Below are positions 45,010 through 58,500 of a stretch of DNA of 64,000 bases, piece by piece; position 1 is the stretch's first letter; every line of letters begins with the position of its first letter. Below the pieces are notes generated by a model. That model worked only from the letters and a program-made list of their open reading frames with translations. It was not told where the DNA came from and searched no databases. Source of the stretch: Phallusia mammillata (Eukaryota); NCBI GenBank assembly GCA_965637545.1, contig OZ281497.1, positions 21,576,001 through 21,640,000 of the forward strand, read 5' to 3'. Both the position numbers and the translations under genes were made by a program.

Positions 45010-48000
45010 AAATACAAGTTCTTGAAAACAACAACTAGTATTTTGTATAGCATTTACACCAGTTGAACGAAACAGTTTATTAAGTATGCAACCTGGTGAA
45101 CGAAACGCCTGTTCAGGTTTCCACACGACAACGAGTTGATAACGTGTATATCGTAGAAGAGGACAGGTCTTTCAACAAGCGCCTGAATGAACATCGATGA
45201 GACGGAGCAAAATGGGATTCTGAGAAATCGGCCCGAGCTAACCATGCAATTGAATGCGGTAACGAGCTTTTTGTAGGTGATCGTGTGATTGTGAAAGAAA
45301 CGTATCATAGATAAAGAGGATTTTCAGAGTCGTGAAACATTCACGCGCGCGCCAACACATGCAGTGAACATGAAACCTGATCTTCTGATGACGTTTATCG
45401 TTTTGTTTGCAAATCTCTTTTTCGTGTTCACCCTATTTGGTGTTTTAAGAACGGCTGTGTTAGGTAACTGACATTACCCGGATGAGTCAAATATAATTGC
45501 AGGTTAATGAAAAGTACAGTTTGTGAGAAAAACAAGATTATAAACTCCTAATATTTAGAGATAAAACATATTTATTGCAGTAACGAGTTTATTTTTCTGC
45601 ATGACTCAATTACTCGGGATTCTGATTCTGATACACAAAAGTAATCCAAGGATATCACGCTTTAGTAAATGTCAGTAGTTGTGGCTTGAAACATTATGTT
45701 TAGTTCAACAATACGTACACAAATTCCAACCCCGCTACTGAACAATTAAACGTCTATACTGTGTATTTCTCATGGGAACTTGGTTTATGCTTCAGTGATA
45801 AATGTGGTACGGTTTCACCCCCACTTAACCCCGTCCTGGATGTTTACTGGGTTTCGTTCGACTTCGTGAAAGGTTATATAGGCCCGCGAAACAGTGGGAT
45901 TTTGCACGTAATATTAGAAAGAATTTAGTGAGCCCTTGTTGTATTGGTGTTTTTATGCATGTATAGACGGTGACTCATTATTTTAATGTTGATTTGGATT
46001 TTAAGACAGTTTGACAAACACTTAATTTTGTGTGCTGTCTACACGGAGCTTTACTTCTGGCGTAAACTAGAAAAGAGATAATAAAACTCTTCCAAAGTTC
46101 AAGTAATGCTTAATGTATGCCCATCCCCAAGTTCAAACGATGGTTAATTTTCTAAAACGTGACCAATTATAAAATGCTTGTACCCTTCAGATAACGTGAA
46201 CTATAAGGGCCCAAACCAATATGAACAAAGCAATGATTTTGGTTGCAAACCTGTTCTGTTGTCAAATAACCCAACACATCTGGACTAGCAACTTAAAATG
46301 TAGATAGCCAATACGGATTGGGCTGTGTGTGAAACACGCCCAGTAGGCGAAACCGCTTATCAAATAAACCAGGAATGCTATCTCCACGTCACACCATCAT
46401 TTACCTGTGCTGATTACGATGCGGTCCAAAGGCTTACCAAGGCGACCGACCTTGAACTTAAACAAAGCATTAATATCCATTTATTATCAGTGTGTCGATC
46501 CGCCACGAGTTGTATAATCGCTTTTTGCATTGGCCTGAAGGGATCTTGGTAAAGAGTAATTTGCATTTTAAGGGTTTCCGAAAATCCGAATCGTAAACCC
46601 CATCTTCAATACATGGAATTCAGTTGCATTGTGAGAACTCAACACCTTTTGCATTTACACGAATCAAACATGTATTTTAATTCGGAATCCGGTGCATACG
46701 AAGGAATTCATTCAGTGGTGCGAGGCTTTTTACTTTTTGCACAGATCTGACCCCCTTCTAGCTTCCTAAAAATCAAAATTTAAATCATCGATAATTATCG
46801 AATTATAATTAATTATAATTAACCAAAATAAAACAATGCAAGTACTATGAGTATTAATAAACCAATATGTGTATAAGTTACTATTAATGTTTTGTTTACA
46901 CACTTCCAGTGGTGTGCAATATTTGGTATACGCATACTTGAAATGTGAAACCCACTGTAAATTAGATAAGATGGCCAATGTCGAATAGTAAAGCAGGTGC
47001 ACCAGTTTTAGACTCCAAGCCAAAACGAGCGACTAAAAGTTTCCATCAGTAAATATTTATTTATAGGTGCATACAAATCTTATACTTTAGAATAGGCGGT
47101 CAATTGTTTAGTTTCATTTACCCCTTTTGGCCGCTTTCGAAGAAAAAGATTAAACCCCACGTTTTGCAAAGAACACAAAGCATAATTAAGTTACTTTTTA
47201 GTGAGTCAAATATTTCGCTTTTTGTGAAAAAAGAAAATTGTGAAAAAAAACTAAGGACCAAATCAGGAAAATCGGTTTTCATCACTCAAGGAACATCAAA
47301 TCTGGTTTATCCGTATTTTCCCTGAAGACATCTTTAATTTGGGCTCAATTTATCATGAGTTGAAAACCTCTGTTAGGAGCCTTTATTGCTTTGAAACCTT
47401 GTTTTAAATGCAGCATCTTTATAATTCGCTGTCTACAAAAAACGTGCAGCGTTAATGGCCGATTACCAACTGCAAACGAATATAGAGTTAGAAGAGTCTC
47501 AGATCTCATACCTCAGCATGGACGTGCAGCGGCAAATGTCAGCGGCGATGCGGGTGTTTCATCGGGGCCGGGAATGCAAATATTGACCGAGGAAAGGGCA
47601 AGTTGTTGTCGTCGTGGTGCTTGTGCTCTTGCTGGTCGAGGAACGAGCGAAGTTAGTGTGCATTTGAACAATCATTTCCAAATCTGAACCGATGGGAATG
47701 CGTAAACGGGCGTCGGGCGTGGCGGAGGCGTGGATGAGTAATTTGCAATTGATTAAGCGCAAGGATGAAATCGGAAAACGCTTGGTGCTTCTGGGGCATT
47801 CTGTCTGGTGTAAATCTGTCCAGAGACGTTTAGATTTATTTATAATGCTAATTTGATATGCAAGCAAATGTATTTAATGCATATTTTTTGGTTGTGTACG
47901 ATTTGCTTGATAAAATATCAAATAAAACTAAATTGTCCATTTAAAATGTTTAACTTCGATCATATATTTTTTGGTTTCTTTGTTTGCATGTCTAAACAGA

Positions 48001-48547
48001 TTTGATTATTTTTACTTGTTTGTTTATTTTTGATCAGATTTGGAATCAAAAAAATACAGTAACATTGTATTACTTTTTCAAAAACTACCCAAGACAGTAA
48101 TAAAAACGATCATAAAAGATTATAGGGTCAAACATTTCAACCCAAGTTTTTAACATCTAATCCGAACTTATTTCATCCATTCAACGTTAAACACTAACGG
48201 TACTACACAGACCATAACCAGGGTCCTACAGTCAATCGCCAGGACTCACTGACTTCGTAAAGCAAACACAGAATCTCGTAAAACGTCGCCGCTAACGAGT
48301 GTCCTGGCTCCGGCCGCTAAACCGAAACGGAAGGTGTTAAAATCCCACGCAAACATGTTGCAGAGTAAGTCAACTAGGGAAGGTGGGTTTGCAAGGCAAT
48401 TGAGGTTTATGGCGTTAAAGGAAGCTCTTGTGATTGTTGTGTATTTGATTTAACAATTTTTTGTGCCTTGACAAACTTGTACCGGATACCATCGTAAAAT
48501 GACGCATGTACTTTTAAATATTTAATTTTTGCGACCTAGAATTGAAG

Positions 48548-49070
48548 CAGGGGTGGGGAAACTGCGGCCCGCTTGCCTATTTAATGTGGCCCGCGTCACA
48601 TTTTTGTTAAAGTACAGAATAAAACGTAGCATAAAAAAACAATAATAAAATGTTTATGTACAAATATTTACTTGAAAAGACTTCGACATTTCTACATTTG
48701 ACGTCAAACTTATTAAAAATTGCCACACATTCAACCGCTTGCTGTATTTGTGACGTAACAGTCACTCGATTGTCTCTTCTTGCAGTAACAAATCATTTGC
48801 CATGTGGTGTTAGTTTCAAATTGAGCTAGGGTGTTCCAGAAAGAATGCACAGATTTTAGTCGAATTAAGTGATAAACTTGTATGCCTTGTTTGTTGCAAA
48901 CAAGTAACAGCAAAGAAAAAATCAAATCTGGAGCGATGAAATATAAAAACACGTGTGTGCTTAGGGTATTATTAATTACACGGAAATTGAAAATAAAAAA
49001 ATATTTGGCCCGCCCGAAAATGTTGTGCAATTCATGCGGCCCGCAGTACTAAGTAGGTTCCCCACCCCTG
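48548..49070. mobile_element. hAT MITE
   Basis: TIRs CAGGGGTGGGGAA / TTCCCCACCCCTG; TSD AATTGAAG / AATTAAAG (one mismatch). Confidence 0.9.
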
Positions 49071-49328
49071 AATTAAAGCATTGGCACAAAAGGTGTGAAA
49101 TATTTAAAAGACATTTTTGCTGACCGAAAGATCAGGATAAGAAGCTAAAGTACAGTTCCGTTTAAAGACAAAAACTTCCTTTCAAAAAAGGTTGCAAATC
49201 CAAAAAAGCTTTGTGTTTTTTCGGCTGCTTCATGAAAAGATCAATATATTTTCATGTTATTCATAGTTTCTTGTTTTAACATATTTAAGAATCAAAAAAC
49301 TAACCAAACCAGGATATTTGTTACAGTT

Positions 49329-50755
49329 TAATAAATTATTTCGTTCAACTGGTGTAAATGCTACACAAAATACTAGTTGTTGTTTTCAAGAACTTGTATT
49401 TTCGCTGACGTTTCGCCCACCAGATCGGTAGCCAGATGAAAACTACCAGAAAAGGCGAAGACGCAAGCAAATAGAGATGGGTCAGAAACTTGTCGTCCAA
49501 GACTCTAACGGATGCGGAAAATCGGGTGTTGGAAAAGGGCCATGGGTTTGCTATCGCCCCCTGAAAGGTTCCAGTCTTGGAAATGATCGGGGCGGCAGAG
49601 TCAGGTCTCCTAAGACTCGGCCACAACAACGCAGCTGCCGCAGATCTGGCTAGGAGTCGGATCGCACAGGTTCTATCGAACTCCACGGCGCCGAAACCCA
49701 ATTTATCCCAGGAAGAAACACGCGCACTAAGCAACCTACGGAAGGACGAATCGATAATGATCTTGAAAGCGGACAAAGGAAACTGCACGGTGGTAATGGA
49801 CAGACAACAGTACGAACAGAAGGCTCAATCGCTTCTGGACGACAGCGCAGTATACCAACGGTTAACAAAAAGTCCACTAAAAAGCATAGAACGGGAATTG
49901 AACAGGTTCGTCTGGAAACTTCGAACGGACAACTATCTCACCGACCAGGAATACCGACACCTTAGAAGCACGGACGGTCTGCTTCCAAAATTTTACGGTT
50001 TGCCGAAGATTCACAAAGCTAATAACCCTTTACGACCTATTGTTTCATTCGTAAACTCGCCCACGTACAATTTAGCAAAATTCCTAGCTGCCATAATTGC
50101 GCCTATCGTTGGTCTTTCCGATTATACAATTAAAAACTCTTTGGACTTTTTGGAAACTATTTCTAATGTTAACAATAAACCGGGCGAATGTCAAGTTTCC
50201 TTTGATGTTGTCAGTTGGTTTACATCCATCCCTACGGATTTGGCGCTCTCGATCACCCTGGACAAACTCAAACACGACACAACACTACACGAACGCACCG
50301 GACTAGAACTTTCACACATAGGAACAGCATTACAGATTTGCCTTAACGCAACTGTTTTCACTTACAAAGACATAATATACAAACAAATCTTTGGCACACC
50401 TATGGGCTCACCTATTTAAGCAATTCTCGCTAATATCACCATGGAACACATCGAGCAAAAGGCACTTACATTAGTTACGCCCTGTCAGTTTGTAGCACAC
50501 GCAACTCTTCACGGAAAGCCTTTGTCCTAATGTAATTATTTTTCATCGTATCCCGCTGTGTTTGAACATTTTCGCCTCTGTGCCCGCTGTATTATTCATT
50601 CATTGCTCTGAAGAAGCCCTACCGATCTGGTGGGCGAAACGTCAGCGAAAATACAAGTTCTTGAAAACAACAACTAGTATCTTGTGTAGCATTTACACCA
50701 GTTGAACGAAATAATTTATTAAATATGCAACCTGGTGAACGAAACGCCTGTTCGG
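49329..50755 (+). mobile_element. Penelope-like retroelement copy 2: inverted terminal-repeat fragment + partial RT + direct terminal repeat
   Basis: 14-bp TSD TATTTGTTACAGTT (49315-49328, 50756-50769); RT motifs WVRNLSS, KADKG, SFDVVSWFTSIP, QIFGTPMGSPI; in-frame stops; deletion from ~50465 into the 3' repeat; 49327-49431 is the reverse complement of the 3' repeat. Confidence 0.95.
50603..50648 (+). ncRNA. Minimal type I hammerhead ribozyme motif in PLE terminal repeat (copy 2)
   Basis: Identical to 44964-45009; predicted cut after C50643. Confidence 0.8.
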
Positions 50756-52503
50756 TATTTGTTACAGTTGTCACATCACGTGTCCAACGATCGTTACAAT
50801 GTTGACCAGGACAGTTTTAACATACAGATTTTTGTGACACTGCTTTTTCTTGATAAAATTGTATTTACGCTGAATCACGATGTATGTTCGAGGTTCTCGA
50901 ATCGTTGTTCCTTCCCTAAAAGAAGTCGACTTGTGACAAATTCTAAATTGGCCACGAAAAGGCCCCGCGCCCCTCGTAGAATGATACACAATCGGCTTGG
51001 GCGTGGCAACCACTGAAAATTAGCATATAACCACAAATCCGATTGCAAATCTGTCTATTCATTAGAAATTATCGCAAGGACCGCGCAGTTACAGCAGGGC
51101 CTGCAGCTATCAGCCACTATCGCAAAAACCGAGCATTATTTTGCGGGGCATCGAGGTTCGTCTAATTGGACTTTGTATTGACAGACTTTGAAATCTGCGC
51201 CTAACGATTTGTTGTGCCTGGCAGGCGTCCCAAACAAGCGCCATGCATACGTGCACCCACGCTCGGCAAAGATCCTCAACAGTTTTAGCGCTGCCGGGAT
51301 TCAAAGTCTCAATTTCGGCGAATTTTCTAACCTGGGTCGACGAGCCGCTTCCTGGAAGCCGATGCTGTGTTGTGGTATTCGACAACCTCAGTTATTTCAG
51401 TAATTCCTGCCGCGACATCGCGACACCAAACTTCCACGCTCGTGTTTGTTGCACCACCGGTGACGTAGCTAAACCGCAAAGGAGCTCCTGGCCCGCAATC
51501 GACGCCGCACACATCGCGAAGCCCCGTTCATATATCCCTTTGTTTAGCGACAATCAAGTGACGTCATCAATTCGTGACGGCGACAGCAAACAATGTCGCT
51601 GTTTGATTGTTATGTTTCGTCACCATGGCATGCGCGACCATGTTTGGGAGGACGCGGAATGCGCCGATCACTGTTCGAGATTACACCGAAGCAATAGAAT
51701 CCCATGTATGTGACGTCACAATTGATGTAACGCTCACAATTGATGTAACGCTAACAAATGTCCTTTCCTGCAATCTGGAAAAGCACGGCAAGGACCCGCG
51801 GGACAATAAGATAAGATCGTCTTGACTTTCTGTCCCAAAGCCATGGAGATTATCGCAGTTGTGGGGCTAAATATGTTTTTGTGCAGCAAAAATCTGCGCC
51901 AATGTTGCCGCAACCGACCTATCAGATCGGATCACGCGCGGTCGAGGTTATGACGTCACATAAATTGGAGCACCGTGACGACAGGTACAATACGGGTTGA
52001 AACCGGTGAACTTGCAGCGGCGGGACACAACACTTTTGCGGTGGCGGAGATGTGCAAGTGTGTGCGAGTTTGTACCTGCTACAGACCTTGTGATGAAATC
52101 GGCACGAACGGCTACAAATAACACTCGACATTATACATAGTAATCATTTTGCGGTTTGCAATCGTGAGATAAAGGTTTGATAAGTAGGTTATGTATTTCG
52201 GTTTTCTAATGGAATGGTAAGAATTGAGTCCATGTCATACACCTGTTGAGTACTACATGTTCAAATTTACATATTTTGGAATTACTACACCAAACATTAA
52301 TTTTTTTTATTCAAACTTTGAATGTAAAGGTTTTTATTTTCAGTGTGAGTTTTAGCTGATTGCTTCGCCGCATTGTTTTTCACAAGTTATCTGATATATC
52401 TAATTGCATTTTTCCTCCAAACCACTTTTTTGTTAATTTTGAAAACTAACAGTTTTGAAAAAATCCACAACTTTCGATAATAAAACTCTAAAGTTAAACT
52501 AAC

Positions 52504-52531
52504 ATATATATATATATATATGTATATATAT
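52504..52531. repeat. Imperfect (TA)n microsatellite
   Basis: atatatatatatatatatgtatatatatg. Confidence 0.85.
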
Positions 52532-55500
52532 GTAAAAAGAAGTTTAGGGAAAAACACTTCATTTTGTTACAAAGTTGTGAATTTTGAAAGTTGTGACTTT
52601 AGCTTTGAAAAGTTTGTCTACCCAGAAAAAATTGACCGAGGAAAATAAATAAGTTAACCGTTCAGTTTCGTTGAAAAATACTTCGTTGAAAAATACCAAA
52701 AAGTGAAAAATACCAAAAACTGTAAAGCGTATAGATCAAATTTTTGCTATGGATTAAAAGACTCCATTTTCTATAAAGGTCAAGCGTTCAGAGATTGACA
52801 ATTGGCAATCGCACGCAATGACGTCGCCTTCAGGAGAACTCAATCCACTTCGCAGTTGTCGTTTATCATCCAGTTTGTCAGTTTTGAGGTTCCATTCATT
52901 CGTTGGCAAATTCCAACTTCGGCAGCCAATTAAACTGCGATTTCGGGCTTAGCCTCACACATTAACCGGGCTTTGCTTTGCGGCTTCGAACTTTCGACCC
53001 GGGGAAGGCGGCAAGGTTCACTGGCGGTAATTCCCCGGCTAAGCGTCCTATTTTGCTACAAGCGGCTCGGTGGTATCGGCGGAATGCGACTTGACATCGA
53101 GAGGATTACGATGACAGGAATTTGGTGACACCAAACTCGTCGCGAGCGTGTGAAAATAGCACCACTAGGTATAAGGTTTCGGTTTACCGTTACCCGTTTA
53201 AAGAGATGATATAAGATAGGTCTTGCTGTGGATGAACCCAAACCGGACCCAAATTTACATACCCCCTCTGGATAGAGAAGAAGCGAGATTGTATAAGCAG
53301 TACCCACAAGCGGGAAGATTTTAGGGCGTTTTCTTCCAACGTCGGTTAAAAAGCTTCCCGCAGCGGATTGGGATCGACTCAGCAGGCTTTTAATCGCGGG
53401 CATTTAGGCGACGGTTTTGGTGGGACTGTTGCGGTTCGACTGAGACCGTACCAGTGTCCCACAGCACCTTGAACTTTCGCGTTCCCAGGAAACTGCTACG
53501 GAAGCGAGTGAATTCCGTGAAAGACGTCGGCTTTCAAACAACTCCGCAAACAAGAGTCGCGCGGCGCAATCAGATTAGACCCAGTGGAGCCCGTTGCTGT
53601 TGCGATTAATGGCCAGCAAGAGCAAAACTGCGGCTCTTATGGCTTATTTATCACCTTCACCCACGATTGGTTCACCATCAAGCCACTAAACAACACTGGA
53701 GATTAGGTGTGTTTGACGCCAAAACAGAGGAAAGATTTTGTTTTTCGGCTCTAATGTGTTTTGGTCTTGGGTATGCAGATCTGCTGATTTTGAACATTTT
53801 TTTCGCATATATTTCTGACCAAGGTCAACAGTACATCCCCGACAAGAAATAGTTGCTTCGAATTTTTTGAAACAAACGAAGATGGTCATAAAAAGTGCAA
53901 ATTGCAGGTTTTATAGTGGCCTATGGCTCTGATCAGTTGAATCTCAGATTTTATTCAGTTTTATAGTTTTTATTTCACATAGTTTGTATTTTACAACAAG
54001 AGTTTTAAATATTTTTTCACATGCACGGTAACCAATCGAGTTCTAATTTTAGTTTTACTTTTTTCAGAATAATAATATTTTATGTATGCCACATAAGTTT
54101 TAATTGGCCAACTATGCAAGCAGAAACGCTTGGGTTGCCATTGCTGTACATAACTGTAAGTTAATACCAGCGTATTTTAATGCCGCCATTTTTAAAAATG
54201 GATTACAAACAAAACTGAGCACCAAGAAAGACATCGATATGTCAACAGTTTTAGCGAAATATCCTTTCACATTTTACAGGCAAAAATTTTTCTCTGAGAA
54301 ATTAATATTGTAGATTCAAATGTTTTCTGCCCAAAAACCCCACGCGTAAGTATATTTGATTGATTAAATTCACATATATCACATTAACTTATACACATGA
54401 AATAATTAAACGATATTTGAATTGTAAACGTGTGGATTAAACGAATCGTTCTCTTGGGTTATTTCGTTCTCTTGGGTACAAAAATTGCAAATTACAAAAA
54501 ATATTCAAACCATTTTTGAACAAATAGAACAAACCAAAGATTTTTGGTAGCAGATATTATTGGTAGCTAAACTGCTTTGGAAACCTAAACACACGTCAAA
54601 TAATTTTCGATCGCACAGACCAAATTTTTGGTATCATGACTAAAGTCGGATGTAATGTTTCTGTGGTGGAACCTACCTAGATATGCCATGTGTCTGTGAA
54701 CTGCAACTGTGAAATTCGTGTAGCTTCCTATAGGAAGTTTTTGCTGGCAAATTATGCGGTTGTGGGTCTACACGCAGTCACAATCATTGCCGTCAGAAAA
54801 CTGGCGGAAAATTTCTCGTATTGTCTGGTATTGTCTATTGTACCATTTTTTTAACCGATCGTAAAACAAATGGCAAAATGGCTGAAAGTTTTTACTCGAG
54901 TAATCGGTATAATATAGGAGAAATAATCTCTGATCACAATCTAGTTACAACCAATTACCAAGGAAGATTTTCACTAGCCTTTGCTTAAAAAGGATCGCAT
55001 ATAAAAGGTTTAATGTCTCGACTAATTCATATATTTGTGTGTGTATTTTGCAATGTGTCGGACTGTAATATTCTCTTTTCTATATAGGAAGTGAGGCAAT
55101 TAAAATTGCTCAGTCAATCATACTTATATGGAAGTAAGTTATTTAATGCCACGCTTCAAAGCTTCGAGTTGGTACAATATATCGACCCAAAAAATGCAAC
55201 GTTTCGGCGCGGATTTTCGAAAAAAACGCCACCTATCAAATCGTATGCACATCTAGAGGGTACAAAGCCGTTATTTGTCAGTTTTTCCACCAGCGACAGC
55301 CTTGAAAACCTGACAATACGGAGGTGATTAATCTGCCCAGTGGTGTTTGTCCGCTCGCCGACATTTGTTTGATTTTCCTCTGTCCTGGAACGCGATTCAA
55401 CTTCGCCGACGTGCATTGTTACGTCACAGCTGCCTCCCGCGACGCGATTTTTTTCTTTCCAGGTGCGTCGTCAACGCATGGAGCACGTAAACTCTAATTA

Positions 55501-58500
55501 CTTAAGTTGGAATGCGGCAGATAGTCGGAAAGGATTTGTTAAATTACCCAGGGGATGGGTGCGGCGTAAAATGGCAAACAAAGTGTCCAGCGTACTGCCT
55601 TTCTTCCAACAAATGCGACTTATAACAATGGCAACGTAGGGTTCGTGTCCTTTTTACGGACGCCTGACAATGGCTATGAACGCCATTACGTTGCGTGCCG
55701 TGCCCACGCATCTCCAATGTACTGTAATGAACAGCAACATTACACAGCCAACTTCAGAAGCCTAATAAGATCTAATGAAGTTTCGAAGTGTATCGAGCAG
55801 TCAATTCTCCATGAAAAGTATTTTGAAGTTTTGACAGTGCCATTGAACGTTGCCAATCATTACGCAACGCTGCGCCCAACTATGCTAAGTTTTTTGGCAT
55901 GAGCGAACACGTATCTTGACGCACGTCGGCCACATGATATTGTTAACTACTTGTTAAGTCAAAAAAACAGAAAGTTACAGCCGGAAATGATACTCATTCT
56001 TTTTTTTAAGCCGAAAAATTTTGGCACGTTGGTAATGCTTAGCAAGAACCGACTTGTTTACGACCAACACACCTTCCGAACTGCGCACTTACGCAATTTG
56101 CACAATTTTGGCACATGAAAAATGCGGGAGAAAATTCGTTTGCACGGCATAAAACAAAACAGATTCCTCTACAGTTGCTTTCATGGTAATCAGGCAAATA
56201 ACCATGGATAACTTCCAAAAGGTCGTTTCTCACGGAAAAAATGTATCAATGGCAACATGCCAGTGTAACACCACATTTGGGATCGAAGTCCATTCGATAT
56301 GAACTTCAAACGGGCCAAAGATTGGTTCACACCGCGGTGGCTTGACGTATATTCATATATGACAAACATTCCGGCGATTGTGCGCAAGTGAGCAAATACA
56401 CACGTTGCCAAATTCGTTCGATCATCGCACTTTGGGCCCAAGATTATTCTTGACTGTCAGCTAAACAAACATACCTGCAACCACCAGCAAAAGGGCCGCT
56501 AAACCTATTCACCAATGGCAGCGACAAATCCTCTTGCAAACACAGAGAACTGCGGAGTCAAGGGAGCCCTACGCAAGCGGTTGCGTGGTGACGCTTGAAA
56601 CACGTCACAATAGAAGCGTGTAAACGTCCCTGAATAGTCGAGCAAACATCGCAGGACGTGCCAGCGCCCACGCAACGGACGCGCAATGAGGTAAAGTTCA
56701 ATGCAAGAACGGTTAGGAGAACCTAACGAGGCGTCGCTATTTGAGGGTTTGGTATAAAAGCGGTCGTGTCCGTGTTTAGGATTCATACGACCGGCGCCGA
56801 TTGAGCAAATTCCATTGGCTTGCTTTTATGGCCCCAACGAGGACACAATGCGCACAAAGTTGGGTAACGACCGCGCTGGGATAAGATTATTGCGGGGCAG
56901 CGGACGCGTTGGCAAATATTCAATCGGCTGACGTGAAGTTATTTGCGTCGTTAATTTCAAATCCGGTTTTATCAAGTTAAAGACCCAGCACTTTAGGGTT
57001 TGTCGTGGTCCGATACAGTTGATTTTCGTTTCTAGGAACACCGCGGTTAGCAACAACATTTGCTCACTTTGTGTTGCCTCACTGACGCCCCAAACACATC
57101 ATAAATCACATAAAATGTGACTTATATTTCCTGGGTCAGTTATACATGCAAGATTGCATGTTTTATTCACACGTCTAGTCCGCAGTTGCAAAACTTCAAA
57201 TGCAAAATTGTTGCAAAAACTTAAAACGCTGAATCGTGTATTGTTGCAAGCTGGTGATCACTATTTAACTCTCTACCTCCGCTGGTGGCAAAAACCTTAC
57301 TTAGTACAATATCCGCTGACTCTTTTTGACCGTCAAGTTTAAATGCTTTTCATTTTGTGCGACTTGAGGCAAGAAAAAAGCGGTTTGAAGTTTTGCAAAT
57401 GCATTCTTAGCGAAATTGTTACCAAATCACTCATAAATTGAGCTAAAAAGACAAAGATAAGGGTTGGGGGACCGCAAAAAGATAACCTTCAATACACAAT
57501 GGTGTAGTCCATAGAAACTCAGTGCAGTATATAGTAACACGGGAGTCGACATAAATGTTACTCAAAACAAGACAATTCACATTCAGTGGCATTTTCAACT
57601 TGGTTTTTGTTTAGATTAATTTCGCACGCACAGTTGTGACTGACAGTCAGCACCTCAAGGAAAAAGGCGACGACCAGTTTGAATAACCAAACCGCTGACC
57701 TTTGCCGGTCACGGGTCATCGGATTTGTCACGCTTTGTTGCACTTGTTTATCAGTTATGTTGCTTCGAATTGGGTAAAGTGGATGCCACACAAACATAAA
57801 TTACGATGAATTGTCGCATTACATTGTATCGAGTGTAAACTGATAACGGATGTTTTCCTATATATATGTTTAGTAAACTTCAATCATTTTAGCGTCGTGC
57901 GCCTGCGTCTGTGAACTCAGTTTTGACAAGTTCATCTATGTTTTATCTCAAGTTCATCACTGTTTAATCTTGAGTCCATCTATGTTTTTGTTTGTTTTGC
58001 AATTGGGTATCTGTCTATAAACTTGAGATAAAGCAGTAACTACACTTATTTGGTAAACTTTATTTCACAAAAATGGCATTTGCTGTTTTTTTTGTGAGCG
58101 TGATGTTTTCTGTTTTTAGACAAGAAATTTCAATGCTATAACACTCCTAAGAAAACATTTTTTTTTCATTTTAAGGGACTTGTATTTTGTGTATTTGATT
58201 GCGGACGTTTTAACAATCGTCATTGGTGCAATGAAATTCACCATATACTCGGTCTTTGGAAGTTTTGGTTCAAAAAAATTCAAATTGGGAATTTTGTGAA
58301 ATGAAATTACTGAAATACTTTTGTTTTTGCACACGTCCATGTCGAGCGTTTCTTATTTCCTTTTTGCTGTTATCTAAACTTATTTATTTGCGACAATAGG
58401 TACGTGTCCCTTGAAGCGTGACGGCGTTCCCGGCCCACGCACTGAACTTTGGAGCTACGGGGCAAAAAAATTGCGTAGCCCCACTCCAATTGACATTCCT

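Larger units (their letters stand above)
43644..45114 (+). mobile_element. Penelope-like retroelement copy 1: 5'-truncated, internally deleted, RT N-terminal part joined to thumb + GIY-YIG, followed by 3' terminal repeat
   Basis: KADKG..VVMD, PKFYGLPKIHK...PLRPIV; GVVYQVPCRDCNMVYIGQTKR..RLKEH (GIY-YIG with CxxC); frameshift near 43771 and stop near 43966. Confidence 0.95.

Noticed and set aside
43625-45120. CAGGTTT as a TSD for PLE copy 1
   Set aside because: Only 7 bp and offset about 12 bp from the homology boundary; compatible with chance
47391-47867. Overlapping ORFs and a minus-strand GTATGA donor as a hidden exon
   Set aside because: No frame gives a recognisable protein and no partner exons were found
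49327-49431. Third hammerhead on the minus strand
   Set aside because: The inverted fragment lacks the CUGAAGA half of the core, so it cannot fold as a ribozyme alone
51243-51713. 156-aa ORF in a CpG-rich block
   Set aside because: No recognisable domain or splice context; long ORFs arise easily in GC-richer DNA, and overlapping ORFs occur in several frames
53056-53403. 115-aa minus-strand ORF as a LINE RT fragment
   Set aside because: Only a vague resemblance (ARPILYHLF); no diagnostic RT motif; would need a profile search
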